From positions 55,892 through 119,891 of the forward strand of contig JAWODC010000064.1 of the NCBI GenBank assembly GCA_046483495.1: DNA of 64,000 nt. Direction: 5' to 3'. The first letter of the stretch is position 1. Each line of letters opens with the position of its first letter. The notes under the pieces are model-generated. The model did no database searches. It was not told where the DNA came from and saw nothing but the letters and a program-made list of their open reading frames with translations. This document shows positions 28,932 to 39,971 of the stretch, in pieces. Source of the stretch: Desulfobacterales bacterium (GTDB lineage: Bacteria > Desulfobacterota > Desulfobacteria > Desulfobacterales > UBA5616). Made by a program: the position numbers and the translations under genes.

Positions 28932-30407
28932 ATGCAAACGGATCATTTCAGAGATTATTTCCTCAAGGCCGTCGATGCATTCAAACGGAAGTTTTTCATC
29001 ATCACCTCGAATTTTGAGATACTTGCCGTAAATGCCGGTGATTTCGATATGCCCGTCCAAAACCTCATCGGCAAAAAATGCCACCAGGAATTCAGCGGCC
29101 GCATATCACCCTGTGATAATTGTCCCGCACTCGAAGCGCTTTACACCCAATCGTCCGCCATATGGGAATCCCGGGCGAATTCATTGAAGGAAGACCATGG
29201 TTCATGCCTGTATGCTTATCCGCTGCTGTCCGGCAATGAAACCGAAGCCGTCGCCGTTATGGATTTTGATCTCCCCATCTTAACCGGACTTGAAGAGAAG
29301 CTGAAAAGATCCAATGCCTTCTTGAGAAACCTGATGCTCAGTTCGGTGGACGGCGTAATTGCGGCGGATCTCAACGGCAAGCTGCTGATTTTCAACGATG
29401 CCGCATCTGAAATCAGCGGCTACGAAGTAGAAGAGGCCCTTTCAAAATTGGATATAAGAGATATTTACCCGGGCCAAGGTGCAAAAGAAGTAATGAAAAA
29501 ACTTCGAAGCGACGATTATGGCGGTAAAGGGAAGCTCAAATCCTACCAGGTGGATTTTTTGCGAAAAACCGGTGAAATCATCCCCATCAGCCTAAACGCC
29601 GCGATTGTTTATGAAGGAGAAAAAGAGGCCGCCACAATCGGCTTTTTCCATGATTTGCGGGAACAGATCGAAATGAAGAATGAGCTGGAAAAAACACAGG
29701 TTCAGCTGCTCCAGGCTGAAAAAATGGCTTCTCTTGGAAAACTGGCCGCCGGTGTCGCCCATCAGCTCAACAACCCGCTGGGAGGCATCACCCTTTTTAC
29801 CAAGCTCGTCATGGAAGAATACGATCATGAAGAGGCGGTTATCGCGGATTTAAAGCGCATTCTGAAGGACGCTGAACGCTGCCGCGATACGGTGAAGGAG
29901 CTTCTGGAATTCGCCCGTCAAACTCGCCAGGAAACGCGCCTTCATGATATCAACCAAGCCATTTCCAGAACGCTCTTTCTTCTTGAAAATCAAGCCCTTT
30001 TTCAGAATATTGAAATTGAAAAAAAATTATCCGATGATCTCCCACCGGTTCCCGGAGACATTCAACAGCTGAACCATCTTTTCATGAATATTATATTAAA
30101 TGCCGCCCAGGCCATGGAGGGAAGTGGAAAGCTGACCATTGAAACAAAACGGGCTGAACAGAAAGACAGCGTGTGCATTTCCATCTCGGATACCGGTCCC
30201 GGCATTCCCGATGATGTGATGCCCCACATATTCGACCCTTTCTTTACTACCAAAGAAGCAGGGAAAGGAACGGGGCTTGGGCTTAGCATGGCCTATGGAA
30301 TTGTCCAAAATCACGGGGGAGTCATCTATGCCAAAAACTTTCCGGGCCGAGGCACCACGTTTACGGTCGAACTTTCGCTCAAGAAACAGGAAAAGTTGAA
30401 TGACTGA
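28932..30407 (+). CDS. PAS-domain sensor histidine kinase (NtrB-like)
   Basis: PAS domains, AHQLNNPL H-box, DTGPGI and FDPFFTTK..GKGTGLGL. Confidence 0.92.
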   Translation: MQTDHFRDYFLKAVDAFKRKFFIITSNFEILAVNAGDFDMPVQNLIGKKCHQEFSGRISPCDNCPALEALYTQSSAIWESRANSLKEDHGSCLYAYPLLSGNETEAVAVMDFDLPILTGLEEKLKRSNAFLRNLMLSSVDGVIAADLNGKLLIFNDAASEISGYEVEEALSKLDIRDIYPGQGAKEVMKKLRSDDYGGKGKLKSYQVDFLRKTGEIIPISLNAAIVYEGEKEAATIGFFHDLREQIEMKNELEKTQVQLLQAEKMASLGKLAAGVAHQLNNPLGGITLFTKLVMEEYDHEEAVIADLKRILKDAERCRDTVKELLEFARQTRQETRLHDINQAISRTLFLLENQALFQNIEIEKKLSDDLPPVPGDIQQLNHLFMNIILNAAQAMEGSGKLTIETKRAEQKDSVCISISDTGPGIPDDVMPHIFDPFFTTKEAGKGTGLGLSMAYGIVQNHGGVIYAKNFPGRGTTFTVELSLKKQEKLND

Positions 30408-31896
30408 GGATCAATTTGCCAAAACCCTTGAAGTGTTGGTCATCGATGATGAACAAAGCATCCGGGAAGGCGCCAAGAGAATTTTAGACCGCATGGGATT
30501 TCAGGTGCTGCTTGCGGCCGATGGCCGGCAAGGGCTGAATTCCATTGAACGGCACAATGTCGGCATTGTTCTGCTCGACCTGAAGATGCCTGGAATAGAC
30601 GGCATGGAGGTGCTTTGCAGAATAAAACAACTGGACAGCAGTATACTCGTGATCGTCATTACCGGTTTTGCCACCCTCGAAACGGCGATCGAGGCAATGA
30701 AGGGCGGCGCCTATGACTTCGTGCCGAAGCCGTTTGAACCCGACCAGTTGAGGATTGTCGTCAATCGGGCGAAGGAAACACTTCGGCTGACCCACGAAGC
30801 CCGGAAAGCTGAATTGGAAAGGCAGCGCACGCTCAGTGACCTCGGCATGGAAAAAAGCCGGATCCGGACCATTATCGAATCCCTGCCCAGCGGATTGGTC
30901 GTAACCAATGCGAATGGGCAGGTGGTACTGATGAACCCCGCCTTCAAAAAACTCTTCGACATCGAGCCGTATCGGGCTGTCGACGAACCCATTCATAAAT
31001 ACATTCCGGATGAGGATTTATGCCGATTGGTCATGGACATCAGCAAGGGGAAGTATATCGATTTCGAGGATATTCCGACCTACGAATTTGCATTGGGTTC
31101 GGACAAGTACCTTCTGGCCAGAGGTCAACCGGTATTGAGGGATCGCAAGGAATGTTTGGGGGCCGTGGTCACATTTATGGACATCACCGCAATGAAGGTG
31201 CTCGACCGCCTGAAAACCGAATTCGTGGCGAAGGTTTCTCATGAACTGAGGTCGCCTTTGTCTACCATACACGAACAGATTACACAGGTGATCAAGGATA
31301 CGGCTAAGGAAGAACTCGAAAAAGAGCAGGATATTCTGAGTCGAGCCAAAGAAAAGACACAGGGTTTGATCTCCCTCATCGGCGATTTGCTGGACCTGTC
31401 CCGAATCGAATCGGGCTCGACCATGATGCAGCCGAAGAGCATCAAGATCGAAGAGTTAATCAAGAGTATCGTGGATTTTTTGAATTCAAGGGCCAAAAGC
31501 AAAAACCAGGTCCTTCGGTTTATTCCTCCGGATGAACCCTTGCCCGAGTTCAATCTGGATCCGATGGCATTGGAAAGTATTTTCGGCAACCTCATCACGA
31601 ATGCCATCAATTACACCCCAAACGGGGGTGACATAATCGTAGAAATCAAACGCGGCCCCGGCACGGCCAGGATAAACGTCATCGACAACGGCTTCGGCAT
31701 CGAGGCCAAATATCTGGAAAAAATTTTCGACAAGTTTTACCGGGTAAAAACGGATCAAACGAGGTTCATTACAGGCACCGGACTTGGGCTTCCCATCGTA
31801 AAGGGATTGGTCGATTCTCTCGGTGGGTCCATCACGGTGGACAGTACGCCGGGTATGGGCACGACGTTTACGGTAATTTTGCCGTTCTCCACGTGA
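30400..31896 (+). CDS. Hybrid receiver-PAS-histidine kinase
   Basis: VIDDE and LLDLKMP receiver; SHELRSPL, DNGFGI and GTGLGL. Confidence 0.92.
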   Translation: MTEDQFAKTLEVLVIDDEQSIREGAKRILDRMGFQVLLAADGRQGLNSIERHNVGIVLLDLKMPGIDGMEVLCRIKQLDSSILVIVITGFATLETAIEAMKGGAYDFVPKPFEPDQLRIVVNRAKETLRLTHEARKAELERQRTLSDLGMEKSRIRTIIESLPSGLVVTNANGQVVLMNPAFKKLFDIEPYRAVDEPIHKYIPDEDLCRLVMDISKGKYIDFEDIPTYEFALGSDKYLLARGQPVLRDRKECLGAVVTFMDITAMKVLDRLKTEFVAKVSHELRSPLSTIHEQITQVIKDTAKEELEKEQDILSRAKEKTQGLISLIGDLLDLSRIESGSTMMQPKSIKIEELIKSIVDFLNSRAKSKNQVLRFIPPDEPLPEFNLDPMALESIFGNLITNAINYTPNGGDIIVEIKRGPGTARINVIDNGFGIEAKYLEKIFDKFYRVKTDQTRFITGTGLGLPIVKGLVDSLGGSITVDSTPGMGTTFTVILPFST

Positions 31897-31912
31897 TATC
31901 TTCTAAAACGGC

Positions 31913-32776
31913 TCATCCGGTTTCCTTCAGGGCCTTTAAAAACTCGCTGTGATCCACCTGAATGCCGGTCCAAAGGCCAAACGTTCTCTTTGCCTGGTGC
32001 GCCAGCGTTGAAAGGCCGTCCGAAAATCGGATGTTCTTAAAGCGGGCCACGTCCTGCCATATGCTGCTGGTTCGGCCATAATTCAGATCCAAAAGCAATT
32101 CACAATCCTTGACGTCCAGGTTCGAGACGATATCCACCAATTTTCCCGCTTCATGGTAATCCGAAACCGACGTGGCATTGACGATGATGTGCGCCTGTAA
32201 GGGCTCTGAAGCCAATCGATCAAGGGGTACGGCCCGGCCGCCTAGTTCGGCGGCGATTTTATCCGCCTTTTGCAGATTCCGTGCAGCAATAAGGACGGAT
32301 TCGGCCCTCAGCCAGTTTAAAATGAATACAGCGGCCCTGGCCGCACCGCCGGATCCAAACACCAAAGCGGTTTTGTTGGTGGGATCGACCCCGAGCGACT
32401 CCAAGGCATCCATCATTCCGACCGCGTTTGTGTTGTACCCCTTAAGGCGTTGACCGTCACTGGCGATCGTGTTTATGGCACCGATGATTTTGGCGCTTTC
32501 CGACACGGTGTCTAAAAAGGGGATAACAGCCTCTTTATAGGGGACCGTGATATTGGCACCGGCTATATTTAAAATCTTGAGGCTGTTAACGGCTTCACCG
32601 AGGTGATTCGGCCTCACCATAAATGGAACGTATGCGCCTTTGAGCCCGATGCGTTCAAGAACACGTGTAAACATCATGGGGCTTTTCGACTGAAATACCC
32701 GCTCATCACTTATGATGCAGAACACTTTCCGGCCGATTTCAGGTTTGGCATTTCGCAGAGAAAAGATATCGCTCAT
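31913..32776 (-). CDS. aroE: Shikimate dehydrogenase-like protein (NTD motif reads NTN)
   Basis: SKSP, GANITVPYKE, GAINT, GSGGAARA, NATS and DGL..LAHQA motifs. Confidence 0.75.
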   Translation of the reverse strand: MSDIFSLRNAKPEIGRKVFCIISDERVFQSKSPMMFTRVLERIGLKGAYVPFMVRPNHLGEAVNSLKILNIAGANITVPYKEAVIPFLDTVSESAKIIGAINTIASDGQRLKGYNTNAVGMMDALESLGVDPTNKTALVFGSGGAARAAVFILNWLRAESVLIAARNLQKADKIAAELGGRAVPLDRLASEPLQAHIIVNATSVSDYHEAGKLVDIVSNLDVKDCELLLDLNYGRTSSIWQDVARFKNIRFSDGLSTLAHQAKRTFGLWTGIQVDHSEFLKALKETG

Positions 32777-32914
32777 AGATTTGTTTGGAATAAAAAGCCC
32801 TTACCCTGATACGGGAAGGGCGGTAATTGGCAAAGACAGAGCGACCCTAAAGAATGGATGTGAATGCTTATTCAGGTTTTTGCACCGAAGTACACGTCAA
32901 GAAACGATTTTCGG

Positions 32915-33310
32915 CTACGAACCGATACCCAGCAGATTTTTGACGCTTTGGGTGATTTCCTCGGCAGTGGCCGGTTTAGGCAGATAGTCGTCGGCCTCCA
33001 TTGCCATACCATTATAATGCGAATACCGGGTGGAGGAAACGTGGTCGGCAACCGCCGTCAGCATTAAAATGGGAATACCGGCGTATCGTTCGTCACTTTT
33101 CACTTCCGAGCACATTTTATAGCCGTCCTTTTCAGGCATCATTACATCCAGTACAATGAGATCCGGCGGTGACTGATGCACTTTTTCCAGCCCTTCAACA
33201 CCATCATATGCCACCTGCACTTCAAATCCTTCCTTTTCTAAGTTGCTTTGAACGATTGAGACAAAATCCGGCTCGTCGTCAACAACCAATATGGTTTTTT
33301 TATCAGTCAT
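32915..33310 (-). CDS. Single-domain response regulator
   Basis: VVDDE, LDVMMP, LTA and KP motifs. Confidence 0.9.
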   Translation of the reverse strand: MTDKKTILVVDDEPDFVSIVQSNLEKEGFEVQVAYDGVEGLEKVHQSPPDLIVLDVMMPEKDGYKMCSEVKSDERYAGIPILMLTAVADHVSSTRYSHYNGMAMEADDYLPKPATAEEITQSVKNLLGIGS

Positions 33311-33379
33311 TATCCTCTCCTTTGCTGATATGGCTTTTGGGTTAAGAAAGAAACGTCCGAGAAAAACACAAACTACGGA

Positions 33380-34312
33380 TTATTCGACAGTTGGTCTGGG
33401 GAAGAGGCCTGCTCTTTCGACAATCTCCGGGACCTTTTCCTCCCATTCGATCGCCATAATGTGAAATCCGGCAACACCTTCTATAAATTTTAACCTTTCT
33501 ATGGATTCAATGCAAATGTTTATTCCGACTTCCGCCTGCTTTTCCTTTGGTGCCTCGGACATGCGCTTTACCACCTCATCCGGAACATCCATGCCCGGCA
33601 CCCTGTTTTTCATATAACGGGCCATGCCGGCCGATTTCATCGGCGTCAAGCCTGCCAAAATATACACCTTTTCATGAAGACCGCGGTCCCGGACCTGGCG
33701 CATCCATTCCTCGAATCGATCCAGGTTGTAGATGCATTGGGTCTGAATGAATTCGGTGCCGCAGGCGATTTTTTTGGCAAGCCGGGGCACCCTGATGTCA
33801 AAGGGATCGGCAAATGGATTCGCCGCCGCGCCGACAAACATTTGGGGCGGCCGCTTGATGTCGTCGCCTCCCAGGAATTTGCCTTCATCCCGCATGTATC
33901 TGACGGTTTGAACCAGTTGCATCGAATCCAGATCATAAACATTCTGTCCCTGCTTGCTGTCACCGAAGCTCTGATGGTCGCCGGAAAGGCAAAGGATGTT
34001 ATGAATATCGAAAGAAGCCGCCCCAAGAAGATCACTCTGAATGGCGATCCGGTTTCGGTCTCGGGTTACCATCTGCAAAACCGGCTCCAGCCCCATAAGC
34101 TTTAAGCGAATACAGGCAGCCAGGCTGGACATGCGCGCTACAGAGGTTTGATTGTCGGTCACATTGACGGCATCGACGTAATCTTTGATCACATTCGCTT
34201 TTTCGACAATGACTTCCGGATCACTTCCCCGAGGGGGACCGCACTCCGAGGTAACGGCCATGTGGCCGGCGGCGAGAATCTGTTCAAGTTTGCTCGGTGT
34301 CTTTACCTTCAT
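33380..34312 (-). CDS. metF: Methylenetetrahydrofolate reductase MetF (module 2)
   Basis: ECGPPRG, NVTDNQ, RDRNR, LSGDH and FIQTQ motifs; ATGA overlap with the metV stop. Confidence 0.92.
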   Translation of the reverse strand: MKVKTPSKLEQILAAGHMAVTSECGPPRGSDPEVIVEKANVIKDYVDAVNVTDNQTSVARMSSLAACIRLKLMGLEPVLQMVTRDRNRIAIQSDLLGAASFDIHNILCLSGDHQSFGDSKQGQNVYDLDSMQLVQTVRYMRDEGKFLGGDDIKRPPQMFVGAAANPFADPFDIRVPRLAKKIACGTEFIQTQCIYNLDRFEEWMRQVRDRGLHEKVYILAGLTPMKSAGMARYMKNRVPGMDVPDEVVKRMSEAPKEKQAEVGINICIESIERLKFIEGVAGFHIMAIEWEEKVPEIVERAGLFPRPTVE

Positions 34313-34977
34313 ATCTGCACATCCTCCCTGACAACTTTTCTGGGGCCTCCCGCCCGATCCGTGCTCCAATCCTTTATAGGCTGCACCTTTTCATAGATGT
34401 CCAGTTTTCCCAGCGCCTTCAGCCGGTCAACGATCAGCTGCCACGCGCAGTCAACATCTTTGCTGATCTCGCATTTGCCGTTTGACGATCCGCCGCAGGG
34501 CCCGTTCAACAGCCGCTTGGCGCATCGGGAAACCGGACATATCCCCCCGGTTACCGCCAAAATGCAGGAGCCGCATGCCTGGCATCGTTCGGTCCACAAC
34601 CCCCGCTCCTCGGTCACTCCAAGAAAGCAGGTATTGACGCCGGGAAGAACGGGAATGGCGGGATATGCCTCTGCCGTGAACTGGACACCGACGCCGCAGG
34701 CCAATGACAGAATGGCATCGTATTGGTCGGCCACATCACGTATTTCTTCCAGGTATTCACGATCACATTGGCGTTCCAGTGTATTTTCATCGATTTTGAC
34801 GTCCCTGCCCTGCTGCAAAAAATACATCCGCAACGCCGACGCCAACACACCGACTTCCTTCTTGCCTCCCGCCTCGCAGACTGTCACGCATTCGTTGCAG
34901 CCTAAAACCAGGATTGCGTTATAATCCTTGACGGTTTCGATAATTTCCTCGATCGGTTTTTTGTCAGCAACAATCAT
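34309..34977 (-). CDS. metV: MetV (module 2)
   Basis: GCNECVTVC..GG, ERQC and CQACGSC...TGGICP..RCAK.LLNGPCGG motifs. Confidence 0.9.
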   Translation of the reverse strand: MIVADKKPIEEIIETVKDYNAILVLGCNECVTVCEAGGKKEVGVLASALRMYFLQQGRDVKIDENTLERQCDREYLEEIRDVADQYDAILSLACGVGVQFTAEAYPAIPVLPGVNTCFLGVTEERGLWTERCQACGSCILAVTGGICPVSRCAKRLLNGPCGGSSNGKCEISKDVDCAWQLIVDRLKALGKLDIYEKVQPIKDWSTDRAGGPRKVVREDVQI

Positions 34978-35016
34978 TTGCCTGCCCTTTCATCTTAATG
35001 TGTTACCCGGCCTGCA

Positions 35017-35451
35017 TCATGCGGCGGATCTTTTCCTGGCCGTTTTTATAGGATTCGGCCCCAGTTTACGGATGCGTTCATCCATTTCCACTGCAAACTG
35101 CGCAAATCGGGTGCCTTCCCCGGAAGACAGGTTGTACATCTGTGCCCGTTCACCGCCGATGCCGATGGTGTCCAACAGGCGCTGAACCTGCTCAACCCGC
35201 TTCCGCGCCCTGAAATTGCCGTTGGTATACTGGCAGGAGCCCTCCTCGCAGCCGACCACGTAAACGCCGTCCGCACCTTTTTCAAAGGCCTTCAGCATGT
35301 GTATCACATCGACTTTTCCAGTACAGGGAACCAGAATAATCTTGATGCTTGACGGGTATTTCAATCGCATTGAACCTGCCAGGTCCGCTGCTGTATACCC
35401 TCAGAAATTGCAGCAAAACGCGATGATGATCGGTTCAAAATCTTCACTCAT
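35017..35451 (-). CDS. mvhD: MvhD hydrogenase iron-sulfur subunit, predicted selenoprotein (Sec17), 144 aa
   Basis: ATG 35451 (ATGA overlap with the hdrA stop) reads [19 protein letters not shown](35401-35403)-GYTAADLAGSMRLKYP..., continuing in frame into ORF 35017..35370. Confidence 0.9.
35372..35386 (-). promoter_or_regulatory. Putative bacterial SECIS element of mvhD
   Basis: GGACCU-GGC-AGGUUC hairpin beginning 14 nt after the UGA. Confidence 0.7.
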
Positions 35452-38400
35452 AACACTCCCTCCAATAGTGAATCCACTTTACACATAATCTGGTTGTCTT
35501 CGTACCAGTTCAACTCGATGGCCTTGGCCGGGCACTCCGCCGCACAAACGCCGCACCCGCGGCACAGCGCTTCATCTATTTCGCTGACGCCCTGTTCGTT
35601 GATTATTGGAACCCCGTAAGCGCAAGACCTGACACAGATAAGGCACGATGCACACTTTTCCGGGTCGACTTTAGCCGTTACCGCGGACAATGTAATCCGG
35701 TCCTGGGACAAAAACGTCGTTGCTCGTGAGGCCGCCGCAAAAGCCTGCGCAATGGCCTCCGAGATCAGATTCGGGCTGTGGGCCGTACCGCAGACAAAAA
35801 TTCCCTCGGTAGCCAAATCCACCGGCCGAAGTTTAACGTGGGCTTCCATGAAGTAGCCTTCTTCGTTTCTGGCAAGCTTCATAATGCTTGCCAATTCTTC
35901 GGTGTCTTCGGGCACCATCCCTGCGCTGAGGGCAAGCAGGTCCGCGGTGACGCTGAGCTTTCGACCGAGGATATGATCCGTAAAAACGACTTCGATACCC
36001 TCATCGGTTTTACTAACCGAAGGCATGTCTTCAGGATCATAACGGAAAAAGAATATCCCTTCCCGGCGGGCCTCGGTATAATACTCCTCCAAAAATCCGT
36101 ACATTCGCATATCCCGGTAAAGGATGTAGACATCGGTGTCCGGCTTTATTTTTTTAATCCGGAGTGCGTTCTTAACCGCACTCTGGCAGCATACCCTCGA
36201 ACAGTTGGGGTTGTTTTCGTTTCTGGAGCCGACGCACTGAATCATGACGACCTGGTTTACGTTGATGTCATTCTCGTGGAGGTGTTTTGCCAACTCGACT
36301 TGCGTCATGACCCGGGCGTCGGTGCCGTATAAAAATTCAGTAGGTTGATATTCACCGGCACCCGTTGCCAGAACAACGGCCCCATGATCGATTTTACGCT
36401 CGTACATGCCCGGACCGACCAGTATTTCGGTCGTAAAATTGCCTTTGAATCCGGAAAATCCAACGACAAGCGACTGGGTCAACACCTGAATTTTCGGATG
36501 AGCCGACGTCATTTCTTTTAGTTCATCCAGATAGGGTGCGACGGCGACCCCTTCAATCGTCTCGATAAGGCGGTTGGCCATACCGCCGAGCTCGGCTTCC
36601 TTCTCCAGGAGAACGGTTTCGAACCCCTGGTCCGCAAGGCTTAGGGCGGCATTCATTCCGGCAACTCCGCCACCCAAGATTAGCGCCCGTTTGTTCACCG
36701 GAATCACCCTCTCATGAAGCGGATACAACGACAACGAACGGGCTACTGCCATACGGACCAGTTCCTTGGCTTTTTCCGTGGCTTTTCGGGGATTGTCCGA
36801 ATGAATCCAGGAGTCCTGATTTCGTATGTTGGCCATTTCAAAGAGATACTTGTTGATGCCGCATGATATCATGGTATCCATGAATATGCCTTCATGGGTT
36901 TTGGGAGTACAGGACGCCACAACCACGCGGTTCAATCCCTCTTCGACGATCACTTCTTTCATTTTGTCCTGGGTGTCCTGAGAACAGGTAAACAGGTTCC
37001 GGCCCACGTATACCACATTCGGCAGGGTGGCCGCATAATTTGCGACTTCCTCGACATCCACAACCCCGGCGATGTTGATGCCGCATTTGCACACGAACAC
37101 ACCGACCCGAGGAGGCTGTTCGGAGACATCTATTTCATCCGGAATTTCAACGGTTTTGGTCAGCGTATTCCTGGCATCGGCAAGTTGACGCCCGGCACAC
37201 ATCGCCGCTGCACTCGCATCGATTACCGAGGACGGTATATCTTTAGGCGCCTGAAAAACACCGCAGGCGAATACGCCTTCACGCGATGTCGAGACCGGCT
37301 CAAAAAGCGGTGAATCGGCAAACCGGTGCCGGTTCAATTGAACGTTAAGCCGTTTGGCCATTTCTTTTGCCGGTTCTGAAATCCGGAGCCCTACGGAAAG
37401 AACCACCATATCGTATTCTTCCGAGATGATCTCCCCTTTTTCGTCGGCATACCGCACGATAAGGTTGCCGGTGCGTTTATCCTCATCGATCGTATGGACC
37501 CGGGCCTTTTCGAACCGGACCCCCTCCTGATGCTTGGCCCGATTGTAATATTTCTCATAATCTTTTCCGAAAGACCTGATATCCATATTGAAGATGACGC
37601 AATCCAACTCCTCATCCGAATGCTCCTTGGCGATCATGGCTTCTTTAATCGCATACATGCAGCAGACCGAAGAGCAGTATTCATTTCCGCAACGGTTGGT
37701 ATCACGTGATCCGATGCACTGCAGCCAGGCGATTTTGCGCGGCTCCTTATTATCCGAAGGCCTGATCAGATGCCCCAGTGTGGGGCCGGAAGCACTTAAA
37801 ATACGTTCGAATTCAGCGCTGGTCAGAACATTGGGACTGCTTATATAATGGTACTGATCTTCCAGTACGGATGGATCATAAGTCTCGCTGCCCGGGCACA
37901 ACACCACGGATCCGACTTCAATCGCCCGCTCGACAGCGGCATCGTCATGAATAATCGCTTCGGCGATGCAGGCGTGAACACATTGGTAACACTCCGAACA
38001 AATGCCGCATCTCAAGCATCGGGAAGCTTCCGCCAGGGCTTCTTCCTTATCGTATCCCATGGTAACTTCGTTGAAATTCCCTTCCCTTTGTGCCACAGAA
38101 AGCTTGCTGAGCGGGATTCTGGCTTTCGTTGCCTCCCCGGCGGTTTCCGGTTTTTCGAAAGACCACTCCTGTTCTCTGCCGGCCGCTAAATCCTCGCCGT
38201 TAAGGTAGCGCCGGATGCTTTCGGCCGCAGCCTTTCCGCACTCAACGGCCTCTACAACCGATTTCGGACCGTATACGGCATCACCGCCGGCGAATACCCA
38301 CTCGATCGGTGTTTGGAACGTGATCGGATCGGCTCGAAGCCCACCCGGAGGCGTTGTTTCGATCGCTTGGGTTTTTGCAAACGCCAAATCCGCCATTTGT

Positions 38401-39905
38401 CCAATGGCGACAATCACCGTGTCCGCAGAGAGTTTCATGAGATCGTGTTCATCATATTGCGGAGAAAACCGCCCGTTTTCATCAAAAACCCGTGTGCATT
38501 TTTTGAATTCCACCTCGGAGAGTTTTCCGTCTCTGCTGATGAACCGCTTGGGCCCGTAAGAATTGACGATGTCGACATTTTCTTCCACGGCCTCTTCGAC
38601 TTCATAATCCCAGGCCGGCATTTCATTGCGGGCCTCCAGGCACACCATGTGAACCTGGTCGGCCCCAAGGCGCCTTGCGGTCAGGGAGACATCCACGGCC
38701 ACATTTCCACCGCCGATGACCACGACATTTTTGCCGATTTCCGCATGCTTCCCCAATGCAGCATCCCGGAGAAACGGAACACCGGGCAAGACGCCGTTCA
38801 TGTCTTCCCCCTCGATGCCCAGCTTGCGGCTTTCGTGAAGCCCCGTGGCCAGGTAGACGGCCGAATATCCGTCCTGCTTTAAGCTGTCCAGGGTAATATC
38901 CGTTCCAAATGACACCCCGGTTTTGATGGAAACCCCCATCGTTTCGATCATGCCGATTTCAGCTTTAAGAATATCCCTGGGCAGGCGGTATTCGGGAATC
39001 CCGACCGCCATCATTCCTCCTGCAACGGACAATTTCTCGAAAACGGTCACCTTATAGCCTTCCAGTGAAAGGTAATAAGCCGCCGTCAGTCCCGACGGAC
39101 CGGAACCAACGATGGCGATGCTTTCCTGTTTGGCTTCTCCGATCTCCGGAATATAGGGGTTTTCGGATCTTACATCCTCATCGGCCAAAAATCGATGGAG
39201 GGCCTGAATGGAGAGTGCCTGGTCCACATCATTTCGAGTACATTCCCCTTCGCACGGATGATGGCAGATTCTGCCGCATACGCCGGGAAAGGGATGCTCT
39301 TCTTTGAACAGCGCCAGGCCTTCCCGGTATCTACCTTCATTGATCAATGCAACGAAGCCCTGGATACTGACGTGCGCCGGGCAGGTTGCCTTGCAGGGGG
39401 CCGTCCCGCGCTTGCTGATGGCATATGCACCCGGGATCGCCTGGGCATATTTTTTGTAAATCGCCTTTCGCTCCGAAAGGCCCTTATCATACTCGTTCGG
39501 GACGGAAATGGGGCAGACTTCGGCACATTCACCGCAGCTGGTACACTTGGCCGGATCGATGAATCGCGGCTCCTGCCTGATTTTTGCTGTAAATCGCCCC
39601 GGAATCCCGGTTAGATCCATCAGTTCGGTATTTGTCAATAATTCGATGTTCAAGTGCCGGCCGACCTCGACCAGTTTGGGCGAGATCACTCACATGGCAC
39701 AGTCGTTGGTGGGAAATGTTTTGTCCAGTTCGGACATCATTCCGCCGATGGCCGACGACTTTTCCACCAGATAAACGTAGTAGCCTGAATTTGCGAGATC
39801 CAGGGCCGACTGCATACCGGCTATACCGCCGCCGACAACCATGACCGATCCGGTATGGCCGTTGTTTGCGCCATCCACTGAGCGGCTGTTTTTTTCTCTT
39901 TCCAT
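35448..39905 (-). CDS. hdrA: Large HdrA (HdrL-type: HdrA-ferredoxin-GltD-like-HdrA-ferredoxin), predicted selenoprotein (Sec72), 1485 aa
   Basis: ORFs 39690..39905 and 35448..39689 are contiguous and in frame: [20 protein letters not shown]. Contains two QC(I/V)GSR...CS..CC clusters and a GltD-like insert (CPAH, GSGPSG, GIPEYRL, GGGNVA, AGGD). Confidence 0.92.
39657..39674 (-). promoter_or_regulatory. Putative bacterial SECIS element of hdrA
   Basis: CUGGUCG-AGGU-CGGCCGG hairpin beginning 15 nt after the UGA at 39690-39692. Confidence 0.72.
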
Positions 39906-39971
39906 TTAAACTACCTCATTTTTTCTTCATTGTTCTTACATGAAAGGGCCTAAACGGGAAAACCGTATGGA

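Noticed and set aside
35448..39905. hdrA and mvhD as nonsense pseudogenes
   Set aside because: Both UGAs fall at Cys-motif positions, are followed by SECIS-like hairpins, and the frames are otherwise intact.
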